Counted from the first letter of the stretch, positions 26,712 to 39,523 are shown. The stretch is 64,000 nt of DNA from Paramecium tetraurelia (GCA_000165425.1 CT868374.1:372001-436000); one strand, 5' to 3'. Notes: generated from the sequence alone by a model not told the origin. A program made the numbers and translations.

Positions 26712-28185
26712 ATGATAGTTGAGAATGTTAAAAAAAGCAAATTCTCTTTCTCTCGAAAGAGTGAATCTGAAGAAACATGCAAACTGGAATAGTTCAAGAA
26801 TAAACTGTAAGGTAAGACATTTTTGCATGTGTAGGAGACGTGCTGTAATTTCTCAAGAATACTAAACAAGATGATTAATCATTACAAATGTTTTTGTAGA
26901 GACTAGGAATCATTTTGGAAGGGGATGAAGAGACCTATATTTTGGATATTAAAGAATATCACAACAAATATATAGAAGGAGATGTTTTGGGTGAAGGTTG
27001 TATAGGATTAGTGAAGAGTGTGAAAAGAAGGAGTGATGGTTTCGAATTGGCTTGCAAAACAGTGAAGACTGACTCGGAGGAGATCGTCAAGAAAGTAAAA
27101 GTTCAGGTTTATTCCCAAGATGATTATGGAGTTTAAAAACCTAAGGAGATTGAATCACCCTCACATCGTGTCGATGAAAGAGATTTATATTTAATGGTTT
27201 GAAGGATTCCAATCGACTGGAATGGTGTGCGTAATCATGGAGAAAATTGAGGGTCGAGAGATGTTTGAGGTTATTTAATAATAAAAACAATATAGTGGTA
27301 TTATTTTAACTAAGAAAGAGACCATTGCTCGAGTGCTATTCATATAGATTTTAGAAGCCATCAAATATATGCATGAAAACTATTGTTGCCATCGAGATTT
27401 GAAGCCGAACAACATCTTATGCGCTCATGATGGCAAATCCATAAAAATTACCGATTTTAATGTATAAAACTTAACAAAACCCTAGGTTTCAAAGTTTAAT
27501 GACAGATACAAAGAATTTGGAGACCTCAATCAACATGGCAAAATCGAAATGTGGACATACACTGGCACTGTAGCATTCTCAGCACCTGAGATATTTTCAG
27601 GAAATCTTTATAAGTAACCAAACTTATGTAATTAGTGAACAAGTTGATTTATGGAGTGCAGGTGTCATATTGTATGTTATGCTCAGTGGAGAATTGCCCT
27701 TCAATTAAGAATATCTTAACGATCTAATCGAATAGATTCGACAGTGTAAATACGAATTCACAGGAATCATCTGGGATCAAATATCTGAATCAGCCAAGGA
27801 TCTCATTACCAACCTTTTATAATTGGATCCTGAAAAAAGATTCACTCCAGAATAGGCTCTAAATCACCCTTGGATCACTCATGAATAAAGCAATTCAGAT
27901 ATCCCAAGGTATTAATTATAAAAAAATATGGCGCGAATCTTGAGAGTCAAAAATATTAATCAAGAATCGAGAATCAAATAAATTTGCTACCTTTTCGGAG
28001 CTGGAGATATTTGGAAGAGGCATTCACTTGGCTAGGATACTAATTTAGATCTATATGACAATCTTAAAAAATATAGATCTATAGATATATCTGATAGTTG
28101 GAAAAATGCTGAAATCAAAGTAACTAAAGACACCAATAAAAAGGGTGTCTATACTATAGATTATCCCTTTAGCGATTCTGATTGA
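26712..28185 (+). CDS. Ser/Thr protein kinase (CAMK-like) with DFN in place of DFG
   Basis: GEGCIGLVK, CHRDLKPNNIL, ITDFN|VSKF, MWTYTGTVAFSAPE, DLWSAG; five short introns; TGA at 28183-28185. Confidence 0.92.
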
Positions 28186-28344
28186 ATTTTAAATAATTTA
28201 GTAATAGTTTTGTGAAATAAATATTTAATTCCTAAGTAATCCTTCCTTACATCAAATATTAAATATTGATATTAATATATTATATCTATAAATATAAAAT
28301 TATCTAAGTTTTTATAAAAATAATCATAACACTTTAGTTAGCAT

Positions 28345-29694
28345 TCATGAAAAACCCTTAATCTCTGATTTCTAATTGATCTCCTTCAATTCAATCTAAT
28401 CTTCACTATTATTACCATGTTCATTTAGAAGCGGATCTTAACGATCTGTTTATTGATTGCCATTCATCATTGAAGAAACAATTTCATCATATGTGATAAT
28501 CTTCTATCCCCATTATCTATATTAATAGTAAATGCCAAAACAAGCTAATAATATAATGCAAGTAAAATAAATGTAATATCTATAATCTGAATTTCCAGAG
28601 ATGCTCTTAATCTCTGAAGGAAACCCTCCAGCTATCAACCCGATTGCCTTAAACACTAGATATGACTATTTAAATATATATTCATACTCCTAAAAAACTA
28701 GTGCTAAAAATGATTAAATGATCGAACAATCTAAATGATAACACACTAAATCCAAAGCTTAAAACTACTATGATCGAATATAGTATGTATTCTGAAGTAA
28801 CAAACTTAACCAATAATGCATTCCACAGTAATAATGACAAGACTACTCCTAATCCTATACCTACTGCAACTATTCCAGCCTTGTCTAAATGCATTGACAA
28901 CCCTCCCACAAATGCTCCCAGTAGTACAGCAATTATCATAGCTATCCATAAATAAAATGGATTATCTCCTATGTCTAGTTCGCTTGATATATACAGGGCA
29001 AAGAAAAAGCCAATTAAATATCCAAATATAAAGAGAGTTGGCTTTAATATTTTCTTACCCATTAAGCATTCGGTTAACCCAATTACTATCAAAATAGCTG
29101 ACAGAAATTTCTTATTGTCTTGTAAAAACTCCACTATTTTAGAAAATAAAACCAGATGGCAACCATTGTCTGCTTCCATTTCAATTTAGTATAATTGTTT
29201 TTCTTTCTCATACGAGATGTCCAAAATCTCCAGGTCTTCTTACTACTCTGAACAATAGAGTACATACTTCACAGCAAAACCATTTAAAGTGCTTATTACA
29301 TCATAAATAATTTCAGTACTTGTTGAATTCAGCATGGACACCCTCATTTGGTTCTTCTTCATTGATGAGTTCAAAGGAATCTGCAAAGTATGAATCTGTA
29401 TTAACCAAGGAAATGCATTATTATTCCGGTTTCCCTTCATTGTTAATAATTACAGCAAATGTATTCACTGCTAATTCTGGACATTTTAAGATTGGTTGGC
29501 AAAATCGAAAGTACAATGTGCTTGTTTCTAGGTCATCAAACAAATACTATACAGTTTAGAATTTGTTTATATTCCTTAGTTTGCAAATCATCAAATATGT
29601 AAATAGCATCAGAATTTATTACTTTTTTACATTTGCTACCGTAAATCGGTATTAGCAGGCATCCTAAGATTAGTATAAAATATTTATAATTCAT
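28345..29694 (-). CDS. Signal peptide + Cys-containing lumenal domain (MRH/ATG27-like) + TMEM198/DUF4203-like multi-TM domain
   Basis: MNYKYFILILGCLLIPIYG leader; LYFRFCQP..C..C..YVLYC..EMEADNGC; TM block GLTECLMGKKILKPTLFIFG..IIFSTSFLG..GGFP. Confidence 0.75.
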
Positions 29695-30135
29695 TATTAT
29701 TAAATGAAATTGATTAGAAATTATCAAAATACAATTCTTAGTTTATAAGAATATATAAAGTATAAAATTATTCAATTCTTTAAGAATGAGGTTTAATTTA
29801 ATGAATTATCATTATATTATCTTAACAATTCTTAAAACTACTTGATGACGATTACATCCTGTATATTGAAATCATTCATTATAATCATCACATAGCGAAT
29901 TTACTAGAATAATTTGATAGATCTCCAAGATTCTTTTAAGTTTAAAATATTAAGAAACCTTATAAATTAGAAACTAAGTCAAAAAGCCTTTGATTTAATT
30001 TACTATTTTGTTATTCTACACAAAAATAATATAACTTAAGATTATGCATGTGAAGTCAAGATAGACTTACTTATGTTGAACTTGAATAAGTTATGATAAA
30101 AAATAAATGATTAGAATCTTGGGTAAAATAGGAAA

Positions 30136-31221
30136 TCAATCCAATTTAATATGAAATAATTTTAATAGTTAGAAAAAGTAATCAAGATTAATTTCTAAAT
30201 TGTTCTCCTCAATATAATTCAAAATTGGATGTATTTTTTTTAACACTTTTTCATTTATATTTAAGTTGATATATGAAATCGATATGAAACCATCTCGATC
30301 AGAATCTAATTATTTAAATAGCTTTTCAACAAAATTTATATTGTTTGTAACTTCACTTTCCTTAATATTAGATTTAGTATTTTTGTTATTTAATTTTATC
30401 ATTTTGTTGCCAATTAAATTTGCTAGTATCTGATCTTGCTTATCTACCTTCTTTTTAACTAACTTGAATGTTTGATCTTTTCGAATCAGAGGTTTGAAAT
30501 ATGATTAGTTTGTAACTTTATCATTTTAAGCTGACTCTTATTCCAATCTTCTTTATTGCAACTTCAAATTCTGATCTGTTTTTTCTTAAATAAGTTTTTC
30601 TGCATGTAGGATTTGTTCTTAAAATGAAGGTTTTTTGGCATGAGTCATTCCATTATTTGGATGAAACGGATAAATTTAACTCATAACTCTTTATCTTAAG
30701 ATTTGCTTTTTCGCATCCAGCAATTTAGCATCTTAATATAATTTCGTATGGATAGGTTATGCAGAATTACCTCTCTTTTTAACGATTAAACGAGATATGC
30801 TATTGATTCTTGGGATTGCGTAATTCATTCGTTTGTATTCTTGATCTTATTCCTGTAAAGCTGTATTCAATCTTTTTTACTAGTTGCTGGCATCTGCATA
30901 TAACTACTCAAAAACATCCATCTCTTTTATTATTACAATTGATACCTGTTTTATTCCTATATAATTTTTACACGAGTTGCTAAGTATTCAACGACAGAAT
31001 AGAAGTATGACGAGTTTTTACCTGAAATACAAGAAAAATAATACTGGCACTTTTAGCTATCTTTTAATTTCTGCAATTATAAATTATTTTCCTTCTTATT
31101 TAATTTGATGTCTATCACAAAAAAATTAAGTCAATAGTTCAATGTCATCCCCCTCATAAATAAAAATCTATTCTATTTTATCCCCTACATCCAAACTTAC
31201 AATCGCTTGTAAATTAATCAT
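30136..31221 (-). CDS. Hypothetical protein with LYxDA motifs and a C-terminal EF-hand-like loop
   Basis: IYEGDDIELLTQFFCDRHQI N-terminus; LYADA, LYQDA, YPFHP; LFKQLDSDRDGFIS; two introns. Confidence 0.8.
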
Positions 31222-31556
31222 AAGACAATAAAAATTATTTAAAATGTGGGAAAAATTAATTCAATTAAAATTCTAAATTAAAATAATTGATTTGATTGGT
31301 TGAGGAATTCTAAATAGAATTAAAATCATAGCAATTCAATAGATATCTCAAATATCCAAATTCATTTGAATCAATTAAATAAAGTTGTATATCATATTGC
31401 TATTTGAATAATGGATTGATTATAGAAGATACTCAATCTAAACTTACTGATTTATGAATCAATTACCTGCAATATTATAAGAATTCTACTAATCAATAAG
31501 ATGAGAATATATTTTATTTTAATTGCAATATAATTTAGATAAAATATTAAAAATTA

Positions 31557-33074
31557 ATGTCCCTAAATAACTTCTTTAAAAAGAAATAGTAATTATAAAA
31601 AGAAAAGGAGGAGACTGAAAAGTATGACACATAATAAATATTGCAGACAATAGAAAAAAATAGAATAAGAATAAAAGCGTAATATCCAATCAGTGAAACT
31701 GAAAGCAAGAGCCTCTGAAAGAATAGAAAATTTTCAGGAGACTATGTTATCCAAATAATTTGTTGAAACTATGAAAAATGGTTCCTATCCTTTATTGTCT
31801 ATAAGCAAACACTCATTTAGAGATCGGGAAAAGGAAAAAGAATTGGACAAATTGGGTGGTATATATTTGAAAACGTAACATTTGCCTAAGATTTCATAGA
31901 TTTTAAGTGGCTAAAGACAGAGCATCAACAGCTTAGAAGGAATTTTTTTAAAGTCATCTCTCAACTGGAGAATTTGAATAGAATCCTCCAAACAACAATT
32001 ATCAAAGATGGCTACGACCTCCTGATATATCGAAATAAGAAAAACCGTTGAGATTTGGATTGGGGGAAAGGAGTGAAGTCCAAAGATTGAATAAGTAAAT
32101 TAAGAATATAAGTGCATAATTGGATTTTGAAGTAATCATGGATTTTACTTTAGAACAAAGATCTAATTATGCTAAATTATCCTAGTTGGAAGGACGATGA
32201 AAAATCTAAATGGTTAGACAACAAAACCTTCAATATATATCCTTGTCTCTATGAAGGGCCGAAGAGTTACTTCCCATGGAAACAACACCCAATCAATTTG
32301 AACAACCAAAATAATTAATATGTGGAGGGCTACGAAATCGTTGGGGATCTTTCAAGAAAAAGAGAAAAAAACTAAGAAGTATCATTTTGCATTTAGGGTT
32401 TAAGCATAAAAGAAGTGAGTTTATTCCCACAGTCAAAGAAGATTAGTTTGGAACTACTATTCACATCTCTAGATCCATAAGATCTATGAAATAGGATAAA
32501 ATTTTAAATATGTAATCTAATTATGATGAATATTCCACAAATAAGTAAATTGAGTTCTATAAAACCACCTTATTATAAACTAAAAGTATAGATCATATCA
32601 CTCCTCATCAACATAGCAATAAGTAATTTCATATACTAAAGTAGTTATAAAGGCCATTCTTTACATAGCTTAAGACCATAATAACCATATAAACTTTATA
32701 GACAATCCATAAATTATCTAAATTAATAAATAGTCTCAAAATAACCACCTGAACAGTTACAATAAAGCTCCTCTAAAATTCAGGAAGATTAAGCAATATC
32801 ATAAAATCAAACTGCGGAATTGTTCTTGCCAAAACAAAAGCTAACCTAAATACAAGAGATACCTCAGGTGCAAATTTCAAGTTAACAGTCGAATAAACCT
32901 TTTAGTAGAGATACTTTAAACTCTTAAGGAGGATCTAAGAGTAGATTTATGGATTAATATAATTCAAGGAGGTCCCAATAAGTGGAGATTAAATTAGGTT
33001 ATCCCTATAGACTCGAGAATGATGAAACCACAGCTGAAATTATGGGAAAATATTTTATTGAAGAATAAAATTGA
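31557..33074 (+). CDS. Hypothetical protein
   Basis: Frame maintained across several GT..AG micro-introns from MSLNNFFKKK to KYFIEEQN-TGA; exact intron set uncertain. Confidence 0.65.
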
Positions 33075-34224
33075 TATATCCTTATTTATATTAAGTAAAT
33101 ATTCTCTAACTAATCATCTTCTTACTTTGGTTCTTATGGGTAACTCTTCAATCTAAAGCTGAGTGAAAACTCTGGTATTCAATAATACATTATTTAATAT
33201 GAATTAATATTAAAATATTTTATATAATATAAATCTAAACTTAATCAAATTTAACCGAATTTTTATACTATTTTATATTTATCTTATTTTAATCATATAA
33301 TAGCTATCTTTTCGTTCAATATATAAAAGCCTGCTATTATGCTTATTAATAGCAATAGAAGGTAAAAATTAATATATATATATATTGAGCAAAATTTGAA
33401 GTTTGTTATCTTCTTAATAATTCAATCATTTTTATACTTCTCCTGCAGAATCAAAAGAATTCTAATGCCTTTATCTAAAATAATATTATTATGGTTATTT
33501 GATTCTAATAAGAAAAATTTATTAAAATATATCACAAATAAATTATACTAACAGAATAATTTAAAATTATTGATTTATTTAAAGTATATGAATAATCATA
33601 ATTACAATGTTTTAAAGTATATTTATAGAAAACTACATAATATATAGAAAATATATAATGCTCAATAGTTAGATCTGGGATGGGAAGAATCAACTATGAT
33701 TTTGATTATATCTGATCAAAAATTTCTTGAATAATGATAGATTCAAAGAAATATAGTCTTCGTTAGAATGTTATGGTTTTAACATAAAATCCTTAAATTT
33801 TATTGGCCTTTGAGATAGGCATGATATTATTAAAATTCTTCATTTCAAATCAAATTCAGTTTGAGATTACAAATTGGAATTATCATAACATTTTAACAAA
33901 TCGATGGAATACTGAGTGTGGATACTTAGTTTCTTAAAATATCAAGATTTAAATTCTTCAGAATATAAAAGAATAGAGATCTTTTTAAAAGAGAAAAATG
34001 TAATATTTATTTTATATTAGTTAATATAATTGCCTTAGTTACTAAGTATTTTAGTGATCTATAGATTAAAAAAATTATTAAAAATAATGAAAACAAGGAA
34101 TTCTTAGAGATAATCATAAAGAGAAGACTTGTCAGTGACTTGTTAAGAGGTATTAACTATAATTTCTCAAAAATTTCATACCTTATATATTAACCATTTT
34201 TAAGCCTTATTTTAGAATTTATCT

Positions 34225-34559
34225 ATGAGTGAATTCGCCCTCAATAGCAGTGCACAAACACCTAGGAAGAAAAGAGGACCAATATGCAAGAAACACAAAT
34301 ATGTACTTCTGTTATTTAAATAAAGACCACAATAAATTTGAAAAAACACAAATCCTCGAAATAATTTATCTGCTATGAAGACAGAGATTTAAATATTCCC
34401 GAGAAATACTAATCAATCTTATAAAAACATGTAAGAATTATATTTAAAAAATTAAAGAAATCAGATGACGATAGAGAGTCTGATTCAGAACAAATTAAAC
34501 ATGCCATCAACTACTTGTATAAAGATTTATTATAATGTATTGAAAGAGAAAAGAATTGA
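34225..34559 (+). CDS. Small hypothetical protein
   Basis: Two introns; FICYEDRDLNIP..SDDDRESDSEQIKHAINYL; TGA at 34557-34559. Confidence 0.75.
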
Positions 34560-34576
34560 ATTATATTAATTTTATA

Positions 34577-35334
34577 ATGCTCAAAAAATACCTCTTACAA
34601 AGCAATTCGAAAGACTACTTCTAATAAAAAAGAGTACACACCAAAGATTCTGAACACACTAGGCATTTTGAATAGCATGTAGATCTTAAATACTATAATA
34701 AAGAATTATGTGAAGAGAAGTATACAAACAGAAACAAAACCAGCATTAAAACCAATCGACATGGAAGAAACCAGAAAAGAGGAGCTGTCTAAGTTTCGTT
34801 CCATATCTCTTTATAATAAGAAACAAGTGAGAGTACCATCCTCAGCAGAGAAATGTCGCTCTAATGAGAAAATTAGGGTCTTTAATATTTTCAACAGTAC
34901 TCCCAGAAATGTCAAGCCTAGTCGATCTCAATAAATGTTGAATGGATTCAAAGAAAAAGTAGTCTATTCATCTCATAGTCGTGTAAATAAACTATCTCAA
35001 ATTTTAGTAATAATCTGCTGCTAAACATCTAATCTCAAGTAGAATTAATGATTCCTAAGAATTATTATAATAAGCGACTAAACCAAATATGATACCATTA
35101 AGAAGGTTTTTTAAAGATAACCAAGTCTAGTAGCAAAATAATATTAAACTGGAATTAGAAAAACATAAGACTAACAATATATTGGAATTATTACTCCTAA
35201 CTACTGGAGAATTGAAGAAAAAGTTTTAAGAAGAACAGAAGTAACGAGATAGCAATAGTAGATAAAACTCAGAAGAAAGAGTAAGGATTAAAGTGAGAAA
35301 TAGCCATAAATTTCCTAAGGATTTTTTTCTATGA
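34577..35334 (+). CDS. Hypothetical basic protein
   Basis: Two introns restore a frame from MLKKYLLQS to KFPKDFFL-TGA. Confidence 0.7.
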
Positions 35335-36130
35335 TTATATTATTTAATTGATGCTCAATATTCTCAAAAACCTTTAAAATCAATAAGTTCAAGAGAAGAT
35401 TTAGCAAGAGCTCAAGCAGCTTACTTGTTTAGAGAACATTTTTTACGAATACTCATCAAGAAGAATACATAATTTTAATAGAGTTTTCCTCGATAAATAA
35501 AGCCATATGTAATCCTTGCTTATGACACCGTATGTTTTAAAAATTTGAATAAATCTTTAAAGAACATTCAACTATCACCAATAAATATGATTTAGAATAA
35601 AAATTTAATCTTTTCAGGAAGCATGAATCAACATGTATAAATATTACTTTTTCGCAATAACACAGAACTTTTTAAGTAAGAATTCAAGGAATATATCAAC
35701 TGTCATGCAATAGCTTAATAAATAGGTTTTAGGTAGCTGTTTTTGATATCAGTTTTTGATTAAGTTAAAGCCAGTCCTAAAACATAAATAATTTACTAAG
35801 TCAAAATAATAAAACTTATGCATCATAAAATAAACTATCTATTATGATAAATAGAAGAAGAGTTCATTACTGACATAGCAAATTCTAATTGTTTCATCTT
35901 TGCAATTTAGCATCTTAATGATACAATATTAAATAACTAAAATAATTTGCTTTTATTTTGATTAGATGTAATTTACTGGAGCTGAGTTTTGACTACTTTA
36001 ATAGATCTTGTGATGAATAACCTCAGGAAGCTAAATATATATTTAAAAGATATTAGGGTAGTGATTATTTAAGATGCTTAAGAATAGCTTATAGTATTTT
36101 GTTAAGACTTATGATATTAAACATAATTAA

Positions 36131-36655
36131 TCATTATTTTTTCTTCAATCTTGCTAATTATTGCATTAGTTGTTCATTTTATTACAGCAGATGCGCAGTA
36201 ATTGTAATTTGTTCAATGTTTGGTTTTTATGCTTCATCCTTTTCAGCTTCAAGTATTGTGCATTTTTCGTTCAATTTTTCAATTTATTCTTTTTATTGCT
36301 TAATTTGCTCTTATAACTAAAGGATGACAGTTAAAAGGTTAGATTGATCTCCATCTATAGATTCAATTCCATCTTCAAAATGATTGACTTCTTTTTATTG
36401 CTGCATTTACCTATGTGATTTAGCTGATTTCATGGGAGTGAAGTATAAACTACGAGCACTCATTGGTTGTCGATGACTCTGATGACCATTTTATTTTTGG
36501 GTTGGCTTAGAAAAAAAGAAATCTGAATCTACTTATTCTGATTTTTGTTTAACAGAATTTCTTTCATAGCAATTATGTTCTATCTTTTATACAACCCTTT
36601 CTATATTATGTTAATGTAACAAAATTGTCATAGAACTAATTTTATATTATTTCAT
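36131..36655 (-). CDS. Hypothetical coiled-coil protein
   Basis: Open 175-codon frame; C-terminal heptads ILQLQEQIKQQKEQIEKLNEK. Confidence 0.72.
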
Positions 36656-36962
36656 ATTAAAATTAATTGAAATAATGAAAACAATCACTTTATTTACAAC
36701 TGTTTATTTAATTATACCAAATTGACTAGGACATGTAATAGTGTCTTGCTATCTCAAGATTAGATATTGAGCTACACCCATGTAGGTTCAGGGTTAATTA
36801 TAAATTAATCTAAATTATAGATAAGGATTTAGTAGTTTTTATTATTGTAAAATTAATAAATGATACTTAGGTGAGTGGCACCCAAGAGAGAAATGAATAT
36901 ATTGTATTATTTAATTGAATTCAAGTAAAATTTGAAATTTAAACGTATAATTTAATTATTAA

Positions 36963-37832
36963 ATGGATTAAATTGGAGTAGATTAAAAAAAAGAAAAAAG
37001 AAAGAATGAAGAGATTTAGCATTTGTTCTTTCCCAATAAAAGAAACTTTCATATTTATGCTGAGAATTTGAAGTCGTGCCAAAAAAAGCTGATTGTATGT
37101 ATGTATCAGATTTCACATAAAATATTGGTCAACATTTTAATTGACCTTTCACTAAATGGGAGAGATATTTAAATTGTAACTAATTCCAGTAATGATGATA
37201 AAAAAGCAAAGTCCATACTTTTGATGATGATTTAGAGTTCCTTAGAGAAGATAAAAATTGCAGTATACGAGAAGGAACTTTGTTTGATGCATTAAAAATA
37301 TTGTGTGATAGACGACCAAATTATTATGACCGGCTCTGCAAATTGGACGAACAATGCGTTTCGTAAGAATGTAGAGAGTGTAGTTATTTTGAACAATGTC
37401 AAAGAGGCTTAGTTGTATACTTGCGAATTTTGGAAGGTTTGGAATCAGTCCTAAATCTTAAGATTAAAAGGGTAGAATCTGGACTTCTCTCCCTTCATTA
37501 ATGTGGAATCGATGATCTGTATGGAAAGGAGGAGATAGAAGAGCAAATTCAATAAGATAATCGATTTGGAGGATAGTCATCAGCAGGAGGAGGGGGATAA
37601 GGATGAGGAGGTCAAGGAGTAATCTGATGAAAGTGTACAGGGTTTTTAAAGTCAAAAGATTATGAAGATAGATGGCAATCCTAAAAGGAAAAGGATAAGG
37701 AAAAGCAATTTATAGTAATAGAGACATAATTTATAACATAATGAGTTTCACGAGGGAAATCTAGTAATTTAAATAGATGCTCCGGATAAATAAAATTTAG
37801 ATTAAATTGATGAATTTGAAATTATGCTTTGA
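36963..37832 (+). CDS. PLD-superfamily single-HKD protein (Zucchini/PLD6/Nuc-like), 289 aa
   Basis: Intronless; LMHQKYCVIDDQIIMTGSANWTNNAFRKNVESVVIL = HxK(x4)D(x6)GSxN plus downstream Glu; acidic tail containing PKRKRIRK. Confidence 0.9.
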
Positions 37833-37864
37833 TTATTAATTATATTGAAAAATAAATATTTTAA

Positions 37865-38847
37865 ATGTCAAATTAAGAAATAAATGAATTAAATGCCTTG
37901 TAAGTGTTGGATTATGATATATTTGGCAAATGCAATGATTTGATGGTATGTAAAAATTCATTAATTTAAGTCTTTTATCAAAACAACACAACCTATTTTG
38001 AGTAACGATCCTTAAATTAAAGTAAAAATTGGAGCGGTGGCAAAATTAATTAATATGCTTCTGAAATTATTAAAGGACTCCGATAGCTCACTCTTATCAA
38101 ATCAACCAGAGTATCACGATATCATATACATAATCAATAATAACCTTTAATGGAAAATCAAGCAATATGAAGAATAAATAAAAAAGATGAGCACAAGCGA
38201 TGCTTAATCCAACAGTGAAATTATTAATTTGAAATAAGAAATTTAAAAATTGAAGGATGATGGACAAGCAAAAACAAATGAAATTGCCAAATTAAATTAA
38301 GAGGTAATATTCTTATTTATTTTAGATAAAAGCGCTTAAACATATATCCAAAAATCAAGAAAATTAGGAGGATGAAACTTTGAGTAAGATGCAAAATGAG
38401 ATAGATAGCTTAAGTTCGGTTTCTTATAACTTATAAAATGAAGTCAAATATCTAAAATTGTAACTAAAATAAAAGGAAGAAAAAATACAGGATCAAGAAG
38501 GAAAAATAAACTAATAGATGAATTAAATCAATAGATATAAAAATGATTAATCTCAAGATAGAAAAAACGATATCTTTTATGAATAACAATAAATTTTCCA
38601 AGATAATGATGACTTAAGAGAACTTGTTCAACAACTTGAGAATAAAAGAAGAGCTAAAAGAAAAATAAATAATGAGGAAGTAAAACATTTAAGTCCTCAA
38701 GAATAAGCAGTATAATACGAACAATAGAATCAGGAAATAAATGAAATTTAAAATAAGATCTTTGGTCTCCTGAATAGATTGTCAACATCTGGTATTATCC
38801 TCAGTGCTACTTTTGTAGCATTTATATTGATATAATATTTAAAGTGA
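37865..38847 (+). CDS. Tail-anchored coiled-coil protein (golgin-like architecture)
   Basis: Two introns; long Q/E/K heptads; C-terminal hydrophobic GIILSATFVAFILIQYLK-TGA. Confidence 0.78.
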
Positions 38848-39001
38848 TCCATAATATATTATATTGGTTGCATTCATTTATAATTAAGTGTTGTGTATTC
38901 ATCCATCTACCTTCTAGGGATACCAAAAATAATAGTTGTTTCATCAATTATGGTTTTAGATTGCATTTATAGTATTAATTAATTTATAATATAAAGTCAA
39001 G

Positions 39002-39523
39002 ATGGTAACTTATTACATTTATATACAATAGCAACCAATAAATGATATTAATGTTGATGAAGTGTTAAGAGGATTATCGAATGTGGAAGGAGCCAATGGT
39101 TATGTAATATTTAATTCAGACTGTAATAAGAGAAGAGTTATATTATTTAGGTATTCCACTAAAAAGATCGGAAAAAAATATAAACTACGAAAAAGCAGTT
39201 CATATGTCTGCCTTAGTTGCTGATTTATGGAATGTCACTAAGAAATGCATCCAAAGGGAATTGAGAAGTGCTGATGTATTATTTTATTGATATCATCTAG
39301 AATGATCTTGAGATAATTAGGATTAGGACAAAGGCTCAATCTGAATATATCATTTCTTAATGTAATTTTGATACTTATGAATCATTAAGAGGGTGATTAT
39401 ACCATGATAGGGATACAGTTATGTGGGAAAGCAATTGAAGAGGCTAAATAAGCAGCAGCTGCTGAGGCTTAGGCGGTAGCTGAAGCAGAAAAGGCAAAAA
39501 AGGGAGATAAGGAATAAAGTTGA
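39002..39523 (+). CDS. Roadblock/LC7 dynein light chain with Ala-rich C-terminal extension
   Basis: VDEVLRGLSNVEGANGYVIFNSDCIPLK..NDLEIIRIRTK..EYIISQQGDYTMIGIQ; three clear introns plus a possible one at 39005-39031. Confidence 0.88.

Noticed and set aside
26609..26869. Extended hydrolase N-terminus overlapping the kinase gene
   Set aside because: Needs a non-ATG start and is antisense to kinase exon 1; homologous-looking sequence begins at ATG 26704.
33588..34200. Possible HSF-like or other gene
   Set aside because: No frame or intron combination avoids TGA stops; similarity too weak to call.
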